Source of the DNA: Antedon mediterranea
Lineage: Eukaryota > Animalia > Echinodermata
Assembly (NCBI RefSeq): GCF_964355755.1
Contig: NC_092670.1
Span: 33,840,388-33,904,387 of the forward strand
Length of the DNA stretch: 64,000 nt
Direction of reading: 5' to 3'
The notes below the pieces were generated by a model. That model made no database searches and was not told the DNA's origin. It was given only the letters and a program-made list of their open reading frames with translations. Shown here in pieces: positions 26,371 through 38,666 of the stretch; within the stretch, counting starts at the first letter, position 1; each line of letters opens with the position of its first letter. A program made the position numbers and the translations under genes.

Positions 26371-26412
<42 letters not shown>
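26371..26412. repeat. (TA)n microsatellite
   Basis: Run of about 18-20 TA units. Confidence 0.9.
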
Positions 26413-26414
<2 letters not shown>

Positions 26415-26999
26415 GTGGATTTGACGTTTAGTGTGTAGGGACGTGCCCGGTTTATTAACTAAGCATGAACACCGGAAGTTAGGAATCAGCTTGTAAAAGC
26501 ATACCATCATTATATCGATACTTTCTATTACCGGGTGGCTGTTTGCCTGCAAATGGCCAAACAAAACTGCCATCGCTTATACTTGGCAAATAATAAACCA
26601 AATACGGTGGGTAATATAACTTAACAAGCGTGTGGGTCACTCCAGTGTCGATATAACATTAAATATTCAATAATAGACCATTAAATTTGAAATAACGGTT
26701 AATTCTTAAACCTATCGAAAAAGGCACGTTACAACATTATTTTGATAGCATAATCTTAAATTTAAATTGAAAATATAGGTTTATAAATTCTGTCCTAATA
26801 ATTATTATATATATGTAGTGTAATTAATACTCAAGATATTTCAGAAACAAAACAATACTGAATATTATATTAATAATCTATTAATTAATTAATTTTGGCA
26901 GCCATTTAAAAAAGCGCTTTCACGCAAAAGTTCTCAGTTTACGGCCCATTTACCTAACATACTCTGATTCCTCGTCAAAAACTGGTCTAGAAAAACCGT

Positions 27000-27340
27000 T
27001 ATGAAAATTTCTATCTCAAAATACCTACCTCAGTTATAACCTGGTTAGTTGAGAGAATTATAAAGTCTGAAAAATCAGACTTTGAATAAAGCCATTTTGT
27101 TGTTTTTACCGAGTTAATCACTTCCATAGAAAAAAAAAATGAAACAAAAATAATGGTTTCACTGACGAAATAAACGGTTAAATTCAACAACAAAAAAGCA
27201 TTGGCTGGCAGCCATTTTTATTTTTTTTTTTTTTTTGCTTTTAAATTACATCTAATTTTTGTCAAAGTGAATAACTATTATGTGACATTAAAATGGCATA
27301 AATGGGAAACAAATATTGTTCAGGAGGACAATATCTTTAA
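27000..27340. mobile_element. Fragment of a dispersed DNA-element family ending ...CAGGAGGACAATATCT|TTAA (Kolobok-like terminus)
   Basis: Related pieces at ~4040-4260, 12350-12600, 20420-20660, 29795-29880, 30235-30300 and 61110-61410. The opposite orientation TTAA|AGATATATTGT is at ~20419. The family assignment is inference from the TTAA flank. Confidence 0.5.
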
Positions 27341-29507
27341 GCAATACTGTTCCAAAAGTAGTCTTTAACTGGAAAAATACCTATATATGTAAAATATACT
27401 ATTTACTCAATATCGTATATAGTATACAAAAATGAAGCAATGTTATAGGCCTAAGTGGTATTTAAAGGCGAGATGAAATTCAGACAATGGGAGAGGCATA
27501 AACAGCAACGGCATAGTTAGCATATCAAAGAATTCAAACTGAGAGTGTTTTTTAGAGATGATGAGATAATTGAGAGAATTAACAGAACCTGAATTAGGTG
27601 CATGTTGAGTAAGAATAAGAATCATAACATTCAAACAGCCATTATCATATGACAACGTTCTAGAAGGAAATAATACATCATCATTTTTCAATGTTTTTGA
27701 AATTGAAAGGTTTTCATAACTTTATTAGCATTTTCTAAAGACAAAGTTAGTCGACTCGCGTCAGTACTATTAAGAAAGGTTGTTCGTCCAATAAGAACTA
27801 AAAGGTATTAGAATAAAATTACATCTGTGTTTTGGTGATAATACTATAACAAAAAACTGACGAAAATGTCGACGAAGGTAAATATTTTGTGATTCAAAGT
27901 CTAATTCCATAACACATACATGTCTTTGGGTTCTATGAGTAGAGAAATAGAAGACAGAATAATTATCAGTGATTTTACCCTACCTAGACTGGTAACAAGC
28001 GGTGTGTAAATAAAATCATAAAGGTATAAGGTCATTGACATGTGTAAACACTAGGTAGCAACAGCAAGTCACGCTACATTCTTTATCTGTATAAATAATA
28101 TATGATTATATTATTATAATGACGTGGATGAAAAAAAAACATTAATATGTTGTTTTTTCATCGACCAAATCAAACATTAGAAGATCAACCGATCAACCAA
28201 ATCAAACATTAGAAGTTCTATAATCTTAAAAGTTATCAGAACATCCTTTTAAAGGTCTTTTGAAGATAACGGAATCCTATTGTTTTGGAATTTGTATAAA
28301 AGTATATATATGACATGATCTGGTGTATCGGTTATGAGAAGTTAACATTTAAAAATGTGTTCTTTCGTTTTATCAAAAATATAAGCAGAAAATATAACTT
28401 TCTTTCTAGAATTGTTCTGATTGTAAGGCCATTCAACCGCAAGTGTTATACATTTGTCCCGTTTATTACGCCAAGACGATTTGTGTATTAAACAGTATAA
28501 TATAATATTTATATTGCTACAGAGATATACATTTCATTTATTTGACAGGTGTTTTCCCCACTCTCAATATCCCCCGAAGTTCATACCTCTACACAGATGA
28601 AAATAGTGTTAAATTCTAGCCCCCAAGGAACTGCATAAATGTAAATACTTAATTAATTTATCAGTAATCGGTAAGTTATTTGCCCTACGTTGGCGTGCCA
28701 GGAACATTGTTACTTATTTAATATCTATTTAATTTATTTAGTATATTATTGTTTTACTACAAAAAATTTACCTTTGAAGATGTTGTCATCTTATTTATCT
28801 ATTTTTTTCTATGTGTGGTATATTTAACCAGTACAACACCGGCGGGTCATCCATTGGCAATCGTGCTATTTTAAGAACCAATCATTTCGGACACTACTTG
28901 TGTCCGCTTTCAATTTGGAGGTAATTTTTCTATCTATTATCTGTTAACATTATCTGTTCCTATCATGGGTAAAACCCCTTTTACGTTGCATTATGTAGTA
29001 TCCGTCAATTAGACCTTTAATATTTGATCCATTATCATTATTCAAATCATTGTTTAGAAAATGCCTACGCAGACAGAAGATAGCCGAAGTCGCCCAGTGC
29101 AATGTTGCTGCTGGGTAATTTCATTGGTTATTGGTACTTTCGGCATATGTGCACGAACTGTTCACCTAGAACATTTTTATTATTCATTTACTTCATAATA
29201 GGCCTACACTATATAAGCATATTAGTAGTAATATAATTTTTGCCGTTATCTCTCCCATATATTAAAGGGTATGTTGTCAGGCATGGTATTTGGTTTTCCC
29301 CTTCTTTATGAGTGTTTGTCTTTTATCATTATTTATCTGTATAAATTGAATGAAGAACTCCGGATGTGTGATCATAAATGACGTCTTATCAACGTTAACA
29401 TCTTCTTAATCAATTCAACAGAATCCGTGAGTAACATATAAACGGTTCCAAAACGATACAATGTCATTTCTGGATCTGGTTCAGAAGCTGTAACATTGCT
29501 CTACAAG

Positions 29508-32500
29508 ATGAATCTCTCAACAAAGTTAGTGTTGCTTCTCTGTCTGATATACACTCTGCATACATCTGGAGCAGGTAAGAATTTATCCGCATTCCATAAT
29601 GCAACAATATAATATTACAAGGGCGTATTTGACTTCATGGGCTTAGAATTGAACAGTGTATTATCTACAACATATCCACTCTAGTTTTAGTTGTTGGTTC
29701 TGCGCCAACACATCTGCAGGATAATCTCATTTCATGTCTTGATACTTTTTGCTCTAAATTGATTTCCGTTATTTATTCATTCCGTAATTTAAAGCCGGCC
29801 AAAAATAGTCAAATTGACTGGAAGTTAAAAGGTTTTGCTTGAATTTAATCGTTTATTTTGTGTTATTACAAGTGAAACCATTACGATTACGATTTTTTTT
29901 AGAATTTCGCCAAATAATAAATAGTAATTGCTTTGTTTGTTAACACGATGGCGTTCACGCTGTTTAATTTATCGTCCTGACTGTGTGTGGGTTGGTTGGT
30001 ATATACTTACATAACATGCCTATTAATTTTCAGAAAAATTGATATATTGGACGTGTCACAATAAAGCTTATTATATTAAAATATGACTTACAACAGTATC
30101 TTCCATTATATGAGATATTAAATTAAATATTTTAACATGGACCGAAATATCAAGTAGTGAGCCCGAGTATAGTTTTCCCTGATATCTTTTGCCAAGTGCT
30201 TTCATAATTTTTTTTTCTATTGAAAATCTTAATCTTTCTGATTAACTTTATTAAAACTGCAAAATAGCATATTCAAAATATGTTTTATTAATCTTCATTT
30301 TCCATGTTTTTACGGTACAATTCATCTTTAATATCTTTTTTGTAAATTCAATTTCTATTACGTTTTGTTAATAATAATAATAATAATACACTTTATTACT
30401 TATTTCAGCGAGTGTGGCAAAGCACCCTGCCGAAAAAAGTGCTGCCACCAAAACAGGTAAACACATAAGACATTTTAGAATGTACACTTGTTACTATACT
30501 TATTTTCTAAAAGCATTTGTTTATCAATCGGGTCTCCAAAAAAATATATATGGCTTAGTGGAAACAGATGTATTCATGTAATTATGGTGAAAACGTTGTA
30601 CATAAAACCGGATAAAGGAAATGTTGCCATTTAAAACTCTCCACGTAAACTCTGCCTTGGTAGAACCAGTTCAATCCGATATACAATGTATAAAGTATTC
30701 AAAATGGAGTTCTGTTCAATGGCAATCGGGAGATACTATTCATGTAGACCTCCTACGTTCATACAGTCATTGTTTTCACGGCAATAACAATTAGCTTTAT
30801 TCGATACCGTAATCATTTTAGTTAAATGTCCTATTTGAAATATATATGGACAAATGTGTCAATCCTAATGTTTATTTATTTATTTCAGAAAGTGGGCAAG
30901 AAAAAACAGCAGAAAAAAGCATTTCAGTAAAAACAGGTACTAATAATAAGTTGATGATTTTTTTGATTTTTTATTATTGTAAACAATGCCTCGTGCATTA
31001 TTAGGACTATTCATTATTCCTTACCAACAATTAGTTACCACAATATATACAAGCACTATGAAAAACAAAATAAGAGCAGATTTGTAGACTGTATGCCTAA
31101 TATCAAACATATTTTTAAAAAATACTGGAGTCATAGGCAAAAATATTGGTTTTATTTGTTATAAATTTGTCATTTTTTCAATTGTTTCAGAGAGTCAACC
31201 AGAAGAAAAAGCCGAAAAAAGTATTTCAACAAAAGCAGGTAAATAATAGAAATTAGATTCACAAATGTTTTATTTATTTTTCCAATTAATTATTGTACTA
31301 TAACCTCAATGTAGGCCTAATGTTTTTTCTATTTTGTAAATGGTGGTCTCTCCATAAAGTCTATTTTTATTATTTTTTACCACCATCCACATTTATACTT
31401 AGCCTAATTAATTATTTATAAAGAAATATATTATGTATTATTTGTGGAAATCAATAAAACATCAACAACTGCCACCTGTATGTAAAGAGCAAGTTCAAAG
31501 ATTGTTTAATTAATATTCTGTTATTTAAATGTTTTTTTTAGCGAATGAGAAAGAAGAACCGGCCAAAAAAAGTACTTCTACCAAAGAAGGTAAACAATAA
31601 ATGTAAAATTACTCCTCTCCTCTCCCTCATTAATTAGGTTATATGTATTATCATGCATATAACCTCTTGATTCTGTCAGGATATTTATTTATTTATTTAT
31701 TTATTCTTTCCTTGGCACTATTTTGCCCGTCAATTATCTTGATATCAGTTTCATCTAGCTATAGTCAATTTTTCAGAGTATATTCCTTATGGCCAGGAAT
31801 CGATGTGGTTATGTTTTCATGGTGCGCAATCAAAAATTACGCGGTCTACGCGCGATTTAACGAAATCACGTTTGTAATTATATCTTCACAAGCATGAATC
31901 ACAATTAAACAAAATTTGGTACTCATAAATGTCAGGTCATATTTAACTTATGTCTTTATTATTATGTAACAAACGTGGTTTATGACATTATACGCAGAGG
32001 GATCTTTGATCGGATTGTGGTTCCGGCTATTGTATTTGCGTTAGCAAGATCCTATCATATATTATAAATAATTAAAGATTCTGAGAAAATCAATCAATCA
32101 ATATATCTTTTACAAATCAATTATCTTTATTTAAATCAATGCATATAACCTATAATTCGTCATAGTGACGAATTAAATCTAGTTAAATTTGTTTGCTACC
32201 AAAATTAAATGCAAATATAGTTTGAGTTTATTAAAAACTCACATACTCACATAAAACGTGAACTCTTTGCTTTCGATTAGATTGGCTTCCACTGCTGTAG
32301 GACGCAACGCAAGACATTTGACCAATCACAAGCGACAGATCATCACATAAACTACAGTCATGTGATTGGTCAAGTTACTTGAACATACGACGTTTTGTGT
32401 TGCGTCCAGGGGTAACCAACATATAGTAAAATCTTGCAAAAAGATGGAATTGTCATTTTATTTTTTTCGATACCCGATACCATACAAAGAAAACAAACAA

Positions 32501-34620
32501 AACAGATTTAAAAAAAAACAATAATTTGTATGGTACACCACGGCTAGCCCTCTAAATTCCCAATATAGCGAATTTACATCCTGAATGTCTTGTTATTATT
32601 TATATATTATCAAAACTTATTATATCAACATTTCATTATTCCAGAAACTGAAATAGAAGAACTAACCGAAACAAGTATTTCTACAAAATCAGGTAGGTCG
32701 TTAAATTTAAATTGTCAAAGTCCGTATTATACAGTATATTATGAATATGATGTAATGGTTGAGCAACAAGTAATACCTTAAAAATGTATAAATGTTAATG
32801 TGGGGACTAACCTGTGGCTTGCAGCCTAACTGAACTGGATTGCACACAGCCTAACTGAACTGAATTGCACACAGCCTAACTGTGAATTGCACACAGCTTA
32901 ACTGTGAATTGCACACAGCCTAATTGAACTGAATTGCACACAGCCTAACTGAACTGAATTGCACACAGCCTAACTGAACTGAAATGCACACAGCCTAACT
33001 GAACTGAATTGCACACAACCTAACTGAACTGAATTGCACACAGCCTAACTGAACTGAATTGCACACAGGTGGTGTGGACAATACATGAAATTACAATATA
33101 ACAATAGTCTACAGTCTCATTTAAAAAAATCATGATTACAATACAAACTCTACTCTGAAGTAATAGTGGAGCATGGAGAAGTAAGTGTAAATCAAAATGA
33201 ATGTACCTGAATGTAATCGTATAATTCACAGTTTCTGCCAGTGATGTATTCCTTGGTACAACTTTCACACTGGAGATGGGATTCTGCGTAGGACCTGAAC
33301 ACAAACCGTTTACAGGAGACTTCGACGGTGATGGCAATGAAGATCTTATGTTTCACAATTCCAAGACTGGCTCGAAAAAGATATACTATGCAAGGTAAGA
33401 AAAAATCATCTGCCAGAAAGTACCGTCGAATGAGCACAGGGTTTAAAACCATTGGTGGTCGAGAAATAAGGCACCACCCATTTAGTGTTGAATCAGTGTT
33501 GTACAACAATGTAGTGTACACTTCGATGGCGAAGGATAGGTCTTCTAGTATGATATCGAAATACACAATAGATTCAGGAGAGTAACAACAAAACTATTAC
33601 AGTCAACAATCAGTTATGTAAAAAGCAGCAATGTAGTACAGTACATTAAAATGTACAGCCATAATGTATGTATATCTAGGGCCTAGATACAGATAAAATA
33701 GATATAAACTATCAGTAATAACAATAACAGTTTGCTGAAACGATCATTTTATGTTTTATTGTTGTTGATTTTTTATTTATACAGTATTGTTTGTTTTTAC
33801 TTTTAGTTGTGACGGCTCTTTTAATGGTGACAGGTCGTGGAGAAGAGAGATGAATTTTTGTTACGTAAGTGGATATGATCTATACATTGGTGATTTCAAC
33901 GGCGATGGTCGATCTGATATGCTGTGTCATCGCCCTCAGACTGGTCAGATTTGGGTTGCTTTGGTACAACCCGGGGGTGTATTCACTGCTAACCCGTGGG
34001 CGTATAGTCCCAGTTGGTGCAAGGCCACTACTGATAAAGTATATATTGGAGACTTCAACGCAGACGGTCGGGATGATATTCTTTGCCATACACAAAGTTC
34101 GGGTTACATTGCAATATATTATGCATTATACACTGGTTATTTTTCTACCTCTACAACATATCGCTATACACGAAGTATGAGTTGGTGCAGAGGTACATAT
34201 CAAAGAGTGTATACTGGAGATTTCAACGGAGACCGAAGGGTTGATATGCTCTGCCACGACTACTCAAATGGCTACATATATGTAGCAGTAGCCACAGTGA
34301 CTGGTGGATTCACCTCTGCCACATGGAGCAGAAGTATGGGTTGGTGCAAGCATTCGAACTCTAAGCTCAGCATTGGAGATTTCAATAAAGATAACCGCGA
34401 CGACATCATGTGCAGCGACACAAATGGTCCTTACTGGATAGCATTCTCTCTGTACAACGGTTCGTTTTCATCAACTAAAAGCTGGACCCGTAAACAAAAC
34501 TGGTGTACATCTGGCAATGATGTGTTAGTTTCAGATGTGAATGGAGATGGTGGGGATGATCTGATGTGCCATAATGAAGCCGACGGCATCAAGTACATAT
34601 CGATCAACCATAAGGCATAA
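29508..34620 (+). CDS. Secreted protein D: five-microexon 16-aa-repeat stalk + six Cys-containing FG-GAP/VCBS-like repeats, 427 aa; join(29508..29574,30409..30456,30889..30936,31191..31238,31542..31589,32645..32692,33232..33394,33807..34620)
   Basis: Signal peptide MNLSTKLVLLLCLIYTLHTSGA, homologous to gene C exon 1. Five 48-nt phase-1 exons follow. The 163-nt exon and terminal exon match gene C in size and phase. Loops: GDFDGDG, GDFNGDG, GDFNADG, GDFNGDR, GDFNKDN, SDVNGDG. Total 1284 nt, in frame. Confidence 0.85.
32820..33066. repeat. 25-bp minisatellite (GCACACAGCCTAACTGAACTGAATT) x ~10
   Basis: Directly visible tandem array in the intron before the first propeller exon of gene D. Confidence 0.92.
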
Positions 34621-35052
34621 AGCAAATTCCTCTCAATATTACAGATAACTATTCACCTAAAATGATTCATTTTCTACTGAACCTAAATTCAAAATCAATT
34701 AACTTATTTACATAAACGTTAACGGAATAATACAATCAACGAAACAAAATTTCATTAATTATTTGTCGTCGATAACCTAAATAAAAATCATATAAGAAAT
34801 AATACAATACTGTAAACGTATTATACAAAATAATTAATTGTATATTAAGCTACTGTACTTTGAAATTTACTTAAGCTTATTAATATTAATAGGCCTAATG
34901 CCCGGGTTGATAATAATAAAAAAACATTTTTGCAAATTCAACATTGTATACTGTTGTTTTATGGTATGTTTTCAGAATGATGGTGTAGGCGCCCTCTACA
35001 AAGTTTTTTAGTAAAGCTGTGCAATACCAAAGAACCTTTTACATAATGATAT

Positions 35053-35158
35053 AGACTCCCTGTCTCACCAGAAAGTATGTGGAACATCCCGTAATTATTA
35101 GCATAGAGACTTCCTGGCTCACCAGAAAGTATGTGGAACCTCCCGGAATTATTAACAT
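35053..35158. repeat. Short direct duplication (~53 bp x2)
   Basis: AGACT.CCTG.CTCACCAGAAAGTATGTGGAAC.TCCCG.AATTATTA occurs twice. Confidence 0.8.
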
Positions 35159-35838
35159 TATCTTCTGAAATTGAACGTTCAATATGGCACTCACGTGAAT
35201 ATGGGCAAATAGCTTAAAAGACCACGAGAAATGGGAAGTGATAAGCCTGTTACAGCGTGATGATCACATTAAAAAAACTTAACTCTAAATTCAAATTTAT
35301 TAGATAGAAACATACCCATCTGTGACACTGAGATGTATATGTAAATAATGACACAACTCAAAACAAATATTTACGGAACTATAGAAAATGAACAGGAACG
35401 GCACATAGACCTACGAATGTTTAATTGAATCAATGTAATGGTTATACAATCATTTCTTCATATAGCAGTGCATCGTCTTATGCCGATACGCCCTTAGTAT
35501 AAGCCCAATGCTGAAGAAATCCAGTAGTCTTGTACTTTATATAATCACCACTTAGGCCTATATCAATAACCACTTGTAAAATAAAACACTTAGAAAAGTG
35601 AAGTACTTCAAGTTACTCCTATCGGGTGTCTGACTTTTTAGAATAGCAACTATTCAGTGATTCAGTTGTGTCAAGTCGTACGTCATATTTAAAAAAAATC
35701 CATATATAAACATAATTCTTTGCATTGAAATGTGCGGAGATATAACTCAGATTAAACATTATTAACAATACAATGTGTATTCAAGGTCTCCAGAGGGACA
35801 ACGACAAGCGACTATGAGATTGTTCTAAGGCGTCTCAT

Positions 35839-35852
35839 GTTGCTATGGCAAC
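35839..35852. promoter_or_regulatory. RFX X-box
   Basis: GTTGCTATGGCAAC fits the GTTNCCATGGNAAC-type palindrome; a second half-site CCATAGCAAC is at 36682-36691. Confidence 0.6.
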
Positions 35853-37280
35853 TTCTCTCATTCACATGTTTGTTAAAATCCCTGGTTATAAAGAGGCGGG
35901 ATAAAGACAGATCGTGCTGCCATAAACTGAGCGGAAAACACTGTGTATTTAAACTGTAAACGCACCACATGAAACAAAGTGTATTTAGCAATACGGTACC
36001 AAAATGTAGGACGAACGATATAATTTGTCACGTAAGCGTATCTTGTCATGTATAGTTGAATACACTCCGTCACTGCATTACAATTAAATCAACTAGTTCG
36101 CTAGAAAACCAAATATACATGTTAATTTAGGATTAGAAATTAATATGTTAAGTCAAGGTTTTGTTCGGGATAAACTGTGATGATCGTAACAAGGTAAGGA
36201 AATTTAGCTAAATATTCAATGGTAAATTTCTCAATATTTTGGGACATGCCACAAGTCGGTAAATAAAATTTAAGGGGGAAACATCGAATTTTTTTTTATT
36301 GAAATTCGGTACCAGCTACAGTAATTTATGGATGGAAACTGATCAACCGTTTGTTAGACTATTATGGAACGCTATCAACTGTGTTAATATATTACAATTG
36401 TATTATGCCTTATTACGAATATTTAGGTTATGATAGCAGTGCGATTATTCGGTTTATCTAAGTAAAATGTTGGATCTTCGCAACAGCCCGTGTAAGATTG
36501 ACATGAATCGCGATGGTGATATTGACGTATTGTACATGCAGTGAAGAAAGCAGCTGAATCGGTTTCCGCTTTAAACACATATTACAGGTGCAATAGTACG
36601 TTACTTGTAATATTCCATATGAGGAAACCAACTAGTAAATTATTATAATAAAACGTTTTGCATCAATTCATAGACCTTCATCCATAGCAACCAAATCCGG
36701 AACAATATATGTTTAGTTGAAACGGACACGCTCTGTTAATATTTTGTCCTAATGTATTCTTTCTTTTACAACAGAAATATACCATTGGTTTGTATGGTAG
36801 CTTAAAGTATTAAACCATGGAATAACGTATTATACGTTATACGAAGTACAGTAGAAGGTTAGCAACAGCTAAATTCGAAATCATTCGACGAACTTGGATA
36901 TACAGTACTGTATATAACAATAATCACAAGGTACGTAATTAACGCAATACATCTGACTACTGTAAAAACTAAATAACGTAGTTCTTACTACTACAGGAAC
37001 AGCAGCACTTCCTTTAAGCGAATTGTATTTCAATTTTACTCTTTCTTAATAAAATGTGTAATAAAGTGTACAGAACTAATCTAATAGCAAATAATGTAAC
37101 ATCCTGGAAAGGTAACACTTTTCTGAGCTTACCGTTTAAACGCGGTCACTCTTGACATTAATATAGGTCTACCTATCCGTGTGTATATTACTGTACATGT
37201 TTTTTTTTCTTTTAGAAAGTGGCCGTACTAAACACCAATCTTTAGATGAATACTAAAACAGAAGACCTATTTACTGTTCA

Positions 37281-38336
37281 ATGCGTATTGAAACAATGAA
37301 CAAATGGATCTATACTTTACAAACCAAAGTCGGTGGACCTTTAATAGGCAAGATTGATTGTCACCATACCTCACAGAAAGGACATATTCCCGACAAAATG
37401 AACCGACAAACAATGAAAGCTGACAAGATAGACAACGCGTTGACAATCACATCATCAACGCGTAAAGAACGCAAACTTCGTCGCAACATGACAGAACCAA
37501 CGGTATTACCGTCCATTCATTCCAGTAAGATAAACTCAGAGGCTGTCTATCTTGGTGAATTACTTGAAAAGAACAGTAATGAACAGCAACCACTCCAAAT
37601 TGCTACGAGTCTTGAACTATCAAGTCGATCTTTACCGACGTTATCAGACATGCAACATCAACACGCATCGACTTTTGATCTTCCACAATTTCCTAAGCGT
37701 ACACTTCCAATACCAAAAACACACCGTAAATTAGCTCCGATAAATCGGAAACGCTCGGGTAGTTTACATAATGATAGTACAGACGGAAAAATATCAGGTA
37801 ATAATGTTTTAGAAAGTCGTCCTATTGTACTGACAAAAAGACGGGAAGAAACTGGAAAGAAACTGCTTGGACCAATAGATAAGAAAGAGGAATTTCGGAG
37901 ATTTCATTTATCTTTACAAGCCGACCACTTGCCAGACACTGTTCCTCCCAACACAGCAGCAAATAAGCCAACACCAAAACACGATTTTACCGAACAAACC
38001 GACCCTACAAACATCAAATCAACTACGTTGCATAGAAATACAAATGATGATATAAATCAAAGATTAGATTGTTCTACACATTTACAAAATCGTAGGAGAA
38101 GTTCAGACGATAAAGGAAATTATAAGCCATATAATATAATTTATAGAATGCCAACTGTTGAAAGAAAGCGAGTAGAGGATTGGTTAGAAGACTGCTTAAT
38201 TGCCAGAAATAACCAATCAGATGATGAATTTATTGAAACAGTTAGTCAGACGAATAATGTATCTAGCAGCACTACAAATGGAAATTATCCTAATTTAGAT
38301 ATAGAACATAAGACAACGAATTATGATTCGGCATGA
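37281..38336 (+). CDS. Uncharacterised 351-aa, largely disordered protein with a single coding exon
   Basis: 1056-nt ATG ORF in AT-rich DNA. Strong acceptor (T-rich..TTTAG) at ~37215; candidate 5' UTR exon 36775-36930 and a donor at ~36193. No recognisable domain. Confidence 0.68.
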   Translation: MRIETMNKWIYTLQTKVGGPLIGKIDCHHTSQKGHIPDKMNRQTMKADKIDNALTITSSTRKERKLRRNMTEPTVLPSIHSSKINSEAVYLGELLEKNSNEQQPLQIATSLELSSRSLPTLSDMQHQHASTFDLPQFPKRTLPIPKTHRKLAPINRKRSGSLHNDSTDGKISGNNVLESRPIVLTKRREETGKKLLGPIDKKEEFRRFHLSLQADHLPDTVPPNTAANKPTPKHDFTEQTDPTNIKSTTLHRNTNDDINQRLDCSTHLQNRRRSSDDKGNYKPYNIIYRMPTVERKRVEDWLEDCLIARNNQSDDEFIETVSQTNNVSSSTTNGNYPNLDIEHKTTNYDSA

Positions 38337-38484
38337 TGACAACGTACGAGAATATTTACAGTAGTAACGTGATCATATTAAGACAATTGAAAAAAAAAAC
38401 AATAGTTCTTGGAAATACAATACTACGTAAAACTATAAGCTAAGCAAAACATCATAATGCTAAAGGCAATATGTATTGCCCTTT

Positions 38485-38666
38485 AAGCGTGGTTCCCACT
38501 AGCGACGCAACACAGGGACGTAACGCAACGCAAGTGAAATTGACCAATCACAATCGATGGCTTATTCGCTTGTGATTGCTAACTGTCTATAACTTCGCTT
38601 GTCATTGGTTAAAACGCTTGCGTTGCGTTTACGTCCTTGCGTTACGTTCTAGTGGGAACCAAGCTT
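38485..38666. mobile_element. ~182-bp MITE (same family as 25925-26111)
   Basis: AAGCGTGGTTCCCACTAG...CTAGTGGGAACCAAGCTT inverted termini. Confidence 0.8.
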
